Shown here piece by piece: positions 56,462 through 64,000 of a DNA stretch of 64,000 bases. The stretch's first letter is position 1, and the number at the start of each line of letters is the position of its first letter. The notes under the pieces were generated by a model. The model was not told the origin of the DNA. It ran no database searches and saw only the letters and a program-made list of their open reading frames with translations. Source of the stretch: an uncultured Nitrososphaeraceae archaeon (GTDB lineage Archaea > Thermoproteota > Nitrososphaeria > Nitrososphaerales > Nitrososphaeraceae); assembly GCA_963837175.1 (NCBI GenBank), contig CAWIMJ010000046.1, positions 32,001-96,000 on the forward strand, written 5' to 3'. The position numbers and the translations under genes were made by a program.

Positions 56462-57236
56462 GGCTGTGTTAACTTCAGCCATCACCTCCTTGTTGATAAT
56501 TAACGAAAAAATTAACCAATTTCTGATGTGTTCTAACATACACTTTGCTTATCTTCTACTACAAGGAAAGTAGTCATGATCAAAGCTTTCAGTTCTATCC
56601 TTTTGATGTACTGTATAATTCTTTCAATCATGCTTTTCTCATCATAAAAGGAGGAATGCAGATGATGAGGATGATGATGAATAATAATAATATGATTCGT
56701 ATTCAGGAATTTTCATGCTTGAGGATGACACCATGTACCACTACCATCATATCTGTAAAGACTGGATGCTTTCTATATTTCTTTACCAGATCTTTATAAA
56801 TGCCTCAACACTAAGCACAGTTCTCCCACTCAACGGAAATATGAATACCTATAGGGTACTTTATCTATTGAATCAATGATGATGTCTATTATCCAGAGCC
56901 AAGCATAGATATTGATTGCTTACTCCTAATAATGTTTCATCTATATTATAAATTCAGAAGATATTTTCCTTCTCTTTTGAAAAAATCTTCCTCGGATTTA
57001 CCGTTGAATCTCATTTCTTCCATATCAATACATGATTCTTCTTTTGATAAATTGATAAATTGTGATTAACTGCTGATGTGATGATGCTTTTCGTCTAATC
57101 GAAGGACATGAAAAATATAATCGTAATGCGTATATCATATGTATTTTTGGAGGAAGGTGATTTGTCTCTTTTATTATTATTAAGAGTAAGAGATGTAAGA
57201 CATTGCATCTAGGCTTAATGCTAAGTAAAAAGAGCC
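56462..57236 (-). mobile_element. Decayed full-length IS6-family element
   Basis: Ends GGCTGTGTTAACTT (56462) and rc GGCTCTTTTTACTT (57236). Frameshifted transposase (IDETLL, LVKKYRKHPVFTD, DYFPC). Its 3' part is clearly similar to 29770-29896. Confidence 0.85.
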
Positions 57237-57295
57237 GATAAAGTTTAGAAAATCATATGAGCTGAGATATTTTAGTTATGCTGTATAACAGTGCC

Positions 57296-57390
57296 GTAAA
57301 CGTTTACAAATCACTTGTAAACGCACTTGTAAACTACGCTGTTTTAGTCCGATCGCAATATCAAGTTATCATACAGAGTAGTTTGTAAAC
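57296..57390. repeat. Cluster of (T)GTAAAC direct and inverted repeats
   Basis: GTAAAC 57296, GTTTACA 57302, CACTTGTAAAC twice (57312, 57324) and TTGTAAAC 57383. Confidence 0.7.
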
Positions 57391-57758
57391 TATGTATGTC
57401 AGAAAATATTACTAAGGATAGGAATCAATTTCAAAATATTTGAATTCAAAGTGACATATCCATATCATGTAACAATGTTTTCAAAGATAAAGAGATTATT
57501 TTATAATAAGATTGCAATAATATATGATACAAGCAGGAGATAACAAGCAAGAATATATGTGTGTTATGTACTAGATGTTCTTGCAGAATGAATTGCTTAT
57601 CCAATTTTGGTTAAAAGAAGAAAATTAACAATTAATACTATAAGTCAAGCATTATAAATGTAATATTTTTCAAAAAGTTTTAATTATGATATCCTTAGAC
57701 TTATTTACATACATATATTCGTAGGACTACATTAAGGTGCTTAATGTGATAACATACT

Positions 57759-57908
57759 TTAACCACCTCCTCCTCCTTTTCCACCGCCTGTTGATTCTAC
57801 ATCAAGGGATTCTAATTCTTCTTTTTCCTCTTCTTCTTCTTCTTCTTTCTTTAGCTTCATGTCTTTTTTAGTTGGGTTTCGATAATTGTTTTGGTTTTCT
57901 GATGACAT
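57759..57908 (-). CDS. 49-aa acidic peptide with Gly-rich C-terminus (not in ORF track)
   Basis: MSSENQNNYRNPTKKDMKLKKEEEEEEEKEELESLDVESTGGGKGGGGG. Confidence 0.5.
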   Translation of the reverse strand: MSSENQNNYRNPTKKDMKLKKEEEEEEEKEELESLDVESTGGGKGGGGG

Positions 57909-58099
57909 TGTAATAATCCATTATATTTTCTTGAATAATAATTGCTCGGAACCAATAATCCGATCAGTTACATTTACATGCTAAGTGAATATCATAATAC
58001 ATGTTTAGAACTAGTTTTATTGTCCTTAATATTGTTTAAAGTTTGACATTTTGGATGAATCTACTGATCCTTCCAGTTAGTTTTATTTAGTATTTTATT

Positions 58100-59720
58100 T
58101 TGCTCAGCTCTTTGTAGAAGTAGTTGATGATGTAGTAGACTTTGATGATGATCTTGTCATATCTGACGAAACGTTACTAGAAAGCCCGGGTATATTTGAT
58201 ATCCTTTTACCCTCATCAGTAGAAGTAGCTGCGAATTTAATTCATTAGTTCTTACTATATATTCTTCCCTCTGTCTATCACCTGTTTCATACCGAAGAAT
58301 TAATTCTCCTTCAACTGGACTCCTATTCTACAATTTCAGTATTAAAGGAGCAAATCCTGTGGCTACTAATTCTAAAATGATATTACCAATTCTTCACTAT
58401 AAAATAATGATGGCGATTGTTCAGAATCTCGATTAATCTTCATTCCATCTTTATCATCTATCTTGATTGAGTCGAGTTTTAAATGGGAAGTATTCGATTT
58501 TGGATTTAAAAGGCTATTCATTTTATCTGTTAGTAATTTACCAAGGAGCAGAATTTTAGGTATATCAGTAACTTGGAGAAATTCTTTTTGGAATAGATTT
58601 AGCCTGCGGATTTCCTTATCCTGTATATAATCAATTCCTAGGCACGTTTCCTTCAGATATCAACCTCTTATAAAAATCAGCATTTGCCGCGACATCAACG
58701 TTAGCATCATAATTATTCTGATTCCAATCAGTCAAATCATATTCGACCTTCAGGACTTTGTCATCTAGTTTTGAAGCATCATCAGCAAATATCAAAGAAA
58801 GTGTCTTGCCACTTATTAATTTTGAATAAGCAATAATCATCGACAGAAACGAATTCTGGTTCTTTTTCCACAGGAGACAGAGCATCATCACCACCAGACA
58901 CAAATCGAAATGACCTCTTCAATTTTTCAGATATTGTAGTTTTAAAGCCAACAGGTATTATTGTATCTTCTATACCAAGATCAGAAACTTTTCTTTTATG
59001 ATTCCAAAATTCTACAGAAGAATCATCAATTATAAATGAATAGGAAAGATAGGGGTCACGATCATCAATAGCAGTACCAGAAAACTTTACTGCATTTTCA
59101 ATCTGCAGTAGTATATTATTCGTGCAGGAAATTCTATGAGTTATCATCAGTCTGATCAAGAGAGACTTCTACAATATTCAATATATTTGATGTTAATGTG
59201 AATGGCATATTGAAATAATCTTTTGATAACTAGGATTGCAAAAGTATAGCAGCATTCTTATAGGAATCTGTTATTTTTGACTGAATATACTTCTTGTATT
59301 CTTCTGAATGTTTGGCATATTCTTTCGCACTATCCGTCAACTGATGGATCAATGCATTTTTTATTTGAAAAAATAAGTCGGTACCCGTTGGTGTAGGAAA
59401 TAATGGATTTATTATATCTTCATGATAATTCTTGTGAAAAGCATCCATTGATGTGTCGGTATAATTTTAAATTGTTTGATTTTTGCAATCATTTCGTTTT
59501 CTAATAATTCAGCATTATGCAATACAAAAAGTAATTTTTCAACATTCATGTGTATCTGAATAGTATTACTTGAAATAGAAACAAAATCCTTTAACATATT
59601 AATAAATTCTTATCCTCGTCAAATACAGTATAATCACCAAACAGGTATCTTCCACCTTTTTTTAAGGTATAATCGTTGTCATCCGTAATATAGATATTAT
59701 CACGATCTCTTTTAGTCATT
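58100..59720 (-). pseudogene. Large fragmented hypothetical gene
   Basis: A chain of overlapping co-oriented protein-like ORF fragments (59597-59412, 59448-59230, 59159-58782, 58903-58631) ending in a Ser/Thr-rich stretch. Confidence 0.55.
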
Positions 59721-60083
59721 ATAGTTTATTGATTAGTGTATGTGATTTAAAGTATCTGATTTATGCGCCTATTAAAAAACTCAGATGATGTATTCGGAAT
59801 TAACTTTGTATATCAACATATAATAAATTTTTCTTAGTAGGCGCACCTACAGGCTTTTCAATTTCATTATTTGGTGTTCTCACTTTCTTATTTTCTAGGG
59901 ATCAATAACATAATTACTTTCCAGTAGCCTACATAGAGAACCAGTCCCTCTGAAGATTTGTACCAGGGACTCTAACGCAGCAAACAAACCTGCTTTCAAT
60001 TAGCAGTAAATTTAGACATCTGTAGAGATTAGCATTAGAATAACTTCTTAAACACACAGATATATAACTATGATTAGTAGTAT

Positions 60084-60500
60084 ATGAGCATAAATTATGA
60101 GTTTCTGTATGCATTCAGTAAAGAACTTTTGAAGTTGGACAAAACTATCACATGGATTGGCATAGCAAACAATTTTGGTGTCCTTCTTAATGTAGAACAT
60201 AGGGAAGAATTATTACCACTTTTGACTGAAGAAGAAAATGAAGAATATGTCTCAAGTACCATAACGAGACATAAAACTAGGATAAAGTTTGAATCAAGAA
60301 TAGGGAAGCTTATTTATGCATTAGGTAAATATCAAAAACTTAACAGAGTTACAATCCCAATAAATGAAAATTATTACCTGCTTATAGCACTGGATACAGA
60401 AGTAAAAGATTTTGATAACACAATAATGGAAAAAATAATTCCACTTATAAAAAAAGAAAAACACAATTTTGGTAATTCTAATGCAATTGAACATAAGTAG
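60084..60500 (+). CDS. Thaumarchaeal roadblock/profilin-like family protein (DUF6659-like)
   Basis: LLKLDKTITWIGIANNFG...PLLTEEE...IGKLIYALGKYQKLNRVTIP pattern. Confidence 0.7.
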   Translation: MSINYEFLYAFSKELLKLDKTITWIGIANNFGVLLNVEHREELLPLLTEEENEEYVSSTITRHKTRIKFESRIGKLIYALGKYQKLNRVTIPINENYYLLIALDTEVKDFDNTIMEKIIPLIKKEKHNFGNSNAIEHK

Positions 60501-61425
60501 CAGAATAGATTGGCTCTGTCTGGCAATAATCTCTAGTTCTAAAAGGTTAGTAATTGAAGATTATACTATATACATTTTTTGCTGATATGTATTTGAGGAT
60601 TGTTATTACAAGGATCGTTTTTCTTCATTGATATAGGTTTGTCATCATTCGCCATCTTGTTGAGTTTGTATGAACATATTTTCTAAAAGTCTTTTTATAT
60701 TTGTATGCATAGATTTTATTCTTGTATTTACTGTATAACCCACAAAATTGGTAAGGATATTCTACAAAAGAAAAATATGCCAGTTTAACTTTTCTTTTTT
60801 TTACTTTGCTTCTCTTTCTGTTGCCCTCATGTTTGCCAGCTTTTGTTGCTATTGCCTTGAGTCGTCTTCTAGATACATCTATCTACTTTTATAATTGACT
60901 CATTTGTGCTTGAATGTTCCAGATTTACCGAAGCTGTTTATCTACATGTCTAATTGTTTCTGTAAAACTGAAATTATGTTGATCGCCTTTCCAATTTGAT
61001 CCGTCTGTTTTTTTATATGCGTACTTACATCAACTAATGTAATTTCCTTCTTAATAGTTCTTCTCTCTTCATGGTCATCCCATACCTTCTTTCTTTTTTT
61101 GTGTCATACAGCCTTTTATATTCATTTTGTCCATGCTGATGCTCTTTTTGTCGTGTATAAGTATGAACTTCCATAGATTTTTTAATTGCGTGCTCTTCTA
61201 TTTCTCGGTATCTATCCTTAATCTGGGACTTTAAATTCGACGTCTTCCGACACACCTTGAATAAAGAAGTAGAATTAAAATTAGTTATTATTAATTATCT
61301 AGAAATGTTATAAGCTATAAGATTACAGATAGTTAATAACATTATTACCTTATACTAATATTGGACTACAGAAGCTCTACAATATTGTTTAATATACAAT
61401 ATCAAAAAATAGTATAGGAATTTTT

Positions 61426-62772
61426 TCACATTATGCCCCTTATGAAGGTTCTATAGATGTATAGAGCATCTTCTTCGTCTTTTGCACCTACTATTGTTGC
61501 AGCACCGCTTGTCAGAAAACTTACAGACAATTTACTAGAATTGGTACTTTCCGCGGTTATTCCTAGGCTACCCCTAGTTTTAACCTGGTATCCGAGCAAT
61601 TCTGCATTTTCTATTATTTTCATCAGGTCGATTGGCAAAGATAGTTCGGATGGAGTAACAGTGTATGTTCTCTTGCCCATATCTCTTCCGCATAACTCTT
61701 CTATTAGCAATTGCTGTTGTGCAACTTTTACCGTATCCATCCTTTTTTTCGATCCACAGGAAGGACACTCTTCATGCCTAAACATTTGAACTTTCTCAAA
61801 TGAAAGTTCATTCAAGTCCATATAAAGAAGATTATTTACAAGCGCAGGTTTTTGGCCTGTAATTATCTTGACTGCCTCTGAGACTTGTATGCCGCCGACC
61901 AAATATAATATAGATGGATGTATACCCTCCGTACTACACGTAGGCATATCATCCTCCAATAACGCAGGAAACATACATCGCAGGCACGCAGATTTATTTG
62001 GCAATATAGTACACACGGAACCTAATGTGCCTAGGGCACCTGCATAGATAAATGGTATATTATGTTTTATACATGCGTCGTTTAGAGCATATCTGGCATC
62101 AATGCTGTCAAGTGCATCTATAACAACATCAAATCCTTCTACAAGACTCTCTGCTGTATATTTGGTAACGGAGATTGGAACTGCTTCAATTTCAACTGCA
62201 GTATTCATTTTTTTTAATCGTTGTGCAGCTGCTTCAACCTTGACTTTTCCAATATCGTCTTCTGCATAAAGGTGTTGCCTGTGTAAATTTGAAATTTCAA
62301 TAACATCTCTATCCACTATTCTTAGTTTACCAACTCCCATGGCGGTTAGTTGAGTGACAACAGGATTTCCAATCCCACCAACACCAACAACGCACATTTT
62401 TGCATTACGTAGTTTTTCCATTCCAATAAACCCAATCTCTTCAAGCATTATCTGTCTTGAGTACCGTTGCATATCATTACTTGTCAGCTCTGCTCCACCA
62501 GCCACTGCTGGTAGTATGTATATAGAATCACCATCAATAAGCGACATCGTCATACCATTGCTATTAAAGCGCATATTTTTGCCATTAATGTAAATGTTGA
62601 TCAGAGCACGTGGCTTGCCATTAAGATCAAACACCTTAAGTTTAAAGTCCTCCCCCATCTGATTGGAAACTTTGTTAAATGCATCTTGCAAATCACTGGA
62701 TTCTAACAAAATTTTTTTCTCTCCTAAACCTTTATTTAATACTGAGGGTATCACGAATTCAACTTTGGCCAT
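61426..62772 (-). CDS. moeB: ThiS/MoaD ubiquitin-like domain fused to ThiF/MoeB E1 adenylyltransferase, plus C-terminal domain
   Basis: N-terminal beta-grasp ending ILPAVAGG; RYSRQI, GVGGIG, SNLHRQ, CLRC, active-site PTC and CPSC; C-terminal LCGR...GAKDEEDA. Confidence 0.9.
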   Translation of the reverse strand: MAKVEFVIPSVLNKGLGEKKILLESSDLQDAFNKVSNQMGEDFKLKVFDLNGKPRALINIYINGKNMRFNSNGMTMSLIDGDSIYILPAVAGGAELTSNDMQRYSRQIMLEEIGFIGMEKLRNAKMCVVGVGGIGNPVVTQLTAMGVGKLRIVDRDVIEISNLHRQHLYAEDDIGKVKVEAAAQRLKKMNTAVEIEAVPISVTKYTAESLVEGFDVVIDALDSIDARYALNDACIKHNIPFIYAGALGTLGSVCTILPNKSACLRCMFPALLEDDMPTCSTEGIHPSILYLVGGIQVSEAVKIITGQKPALVNNLLYMDLNELSFEKVQMFRHEECPSCGSKKRMDTVKVAQQQLLIEELCGRDMGKRTYTVTPSELSLPIDLMKIIENAELLGYQVKTRGSLGITAESTNSSKLSVSFLTSGAATIVGAKDEEDALYIYRTFIRGIM

Positions 62773-62799
62773 TTCTGTGTTATCACCATTTTTACATGA

Positions 62800-64000
62800 T
62801 CATCTAATCATTGCTGAAACTATTTGTACGTCTGGTTTTACAGTGTTAAATTTTGGAAGTACATCTATAATTGACTCGGTAGCCTTAAGTCCGTTACCTG
62901 TGATATAGCAAACTACTTTTTCATCTTTGTCTATTTTACATTCTTCAATCAACTTTCGAAGTACCGCTACACATACTCCACCTGCAGGTTCTGTGAATAT
63001 ACCTTCTGTTTTAGCAAGCATTAGTATTCCATCAACAATTTCTTCATCTGTAGCTTCTTCTGCGAGTCCATTATATTGGTTCAATCTTTTCAGAACATAT
63101 GGTCCATCACCAGGGTCACCTATTGCAAGACTTTTTGCAATTGTCTTAGGCCTTTCTACGGGAACAACTTCAATTTTTTTCTTAAAGGCTTCGACCACTG
63201 GAGCACATCCATGAGGTTGTGCAGCCGTTATCTTTAGGTTTGCTAGACTATCAACTAAACCAAGATCAAGCAGCTCTTCAAATCCTTTGCAAATTGCATT
63301 TAACATTGCTCCACTTCCAACCGGAATTATTAGATTGTCAGGAACCTCCCAATTTAGCTGCTCGGCTACCTCATAGGCAAGTGTCTTCGAGCCTTCAACA
63401 TAATATGGTCGCATATTAATATTGACTATACCAATGCCTTTAGAGTCTCCTATTACAGATGCAACCCTATTTGCATCGTCATAAGTTCCGTCTACTGCTA
63501 CGAATTCAGCTCCGTATGATAGTGCTTGCGCTATCTTTACCTTTTCAATGTCAGATGGTGAAAAAATATAACAAGGCAATTCTGCTTTTGCAGCATGGGC
63601 GGCAGTTGCAGAGGCTAGATTACCTGTAGACGCACAACCCACGGCTTTTAATTTGGTTTCTTTGGCTCTCGAAACAGCTACGCCAGCAGGCCTATCCTTA
63701 AAAGAAAATGTTGGATTTACAGAATCGTTTTTAATAAATAAGTTTTTCATCCCGCCTATTTGTTTACCAAGTCCGCTTGCTTTTTGTAACGGAGTGAAAC
63801 CAGCACTTAGATCTACAATATTGCTTTTATTAGCAATAGGTAACAGTTCAAAATATCGCCAATATGTTTTCACATCCCTTGAGGAAAAAGTTGTCCTCTT
63901 TAGATTGAAAGAAAAGTTGTAAATGACATCAAGTGGACCAAAACATTCTTCACATATGTATCTAAATTGTGGAGCATATTCTTTTCCACACTCTCTGCAT
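62800..64000 (-). CDS. thrC: Threonine synthase family PLP enzyme (5' end beyond the window)
   Basis: In-frame N-terminal CRECG...CEECFGPL; NPTFSFKDR (PLP Lys), CASTGN, EGSKT and ITGNGLK. Confidence 0.9.
   Translation of the reverse strand, partial: CRECGKEYAPQFRYICEECFGPLDVIYNFSFNLKRTTFSSRDVKTYWRYFELLPIANKSNIVDLSAGFTPLQKASGLGKQIGGMKNLFIKNDSVNPTFSFKDRPAGVAVSRAKETKLKAVGCASTGNLASATAAHAAKAELPCYIFSPSDIEKVKIAQALSYGAEFVAVDGTYDDANRVASVIGDSKGIGIVNINMRPYYVEGSKTLAYEVAEQLNWEVPDNLIIPVGSGAMLNAICKGFEELLDLGLVDSLANLKITAAQPHGCAPVVEAFKKKIEVVPVERPKTIAKSLAIGDPGDGPYVLKRLNQYNGLAEEATDEEIVDGILMLAKTEGIFTEPAGGVCVAVLRKLIEECKIDKDEKVVCYITGNGLKATESIIDVLPKFNTVKPDVQIVSAMIR

Noticed and set aside
56545-56799. ORF with MMRMMMNNNNM low-complexity run
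   Set aside because: It is antisense to the decayed IS6 transposase.
5254-63922. Numerous 60-180 aa ORFs antisense to or nested in confident genes (e.g. 13841-14218, 17264-17620, 24033-24572, 41641-41994, 61457-61789)
   Set aside because: Shadow ORFs of real coding sequences with no motifs of their own.
1-64000. CRISPR array, tRNA or rRNA genes
   Set aside because: No regularly spaced repeats, cloverleaf with T-loop consensus or rRNA-like long GC-rich segment was seen by eye.

Overview
AT-rich, low-coding-density archaeal DNA. The gene content points to a soil ammonia-oxidising archaeon of the Nitrososphaeraceae (inferred from Dph2, Csl4, MptE, Hel308, AglH, fused ThiS-ThiF, many REC/HK genes and lineage-typical hypotheticals). 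Housekeeping genes (dph2, folP, pheA, guaB, csl4, mptE, guaA, aglH, hel308, sat, cysH, pyrH, tmk, thrC) alternate with long AT-rich spacers holding decayed genes, IS6-family relics and Cys-rich microproteins. Highlights: (1) an intact 740-bp non-autonomous IS6-type element (20457-21196; bipartite 51-bp TIRs, perfect 8-bp TSD GAAAAACA) carrying a GC-rich, strand-asymmetric structured-RNA candidate and tiny ORFs; (2) a divergent SelD-like protein (CxxK changed to CxxE) head-to-head with cysH-sat; (3) an orphan BMP-family binding protein directly upstream of a membrane histidine kinase; (4) five single-base insertions in otherwise intact genes, four at GCWGC, suggesting methylation-linked sequencing errors; (5) thrC plus a ThiS-ThiF fusion. 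No rRNA, tRNA or CRISPR array was recognised. All assignments come from motif recognition by eye, not database searches.
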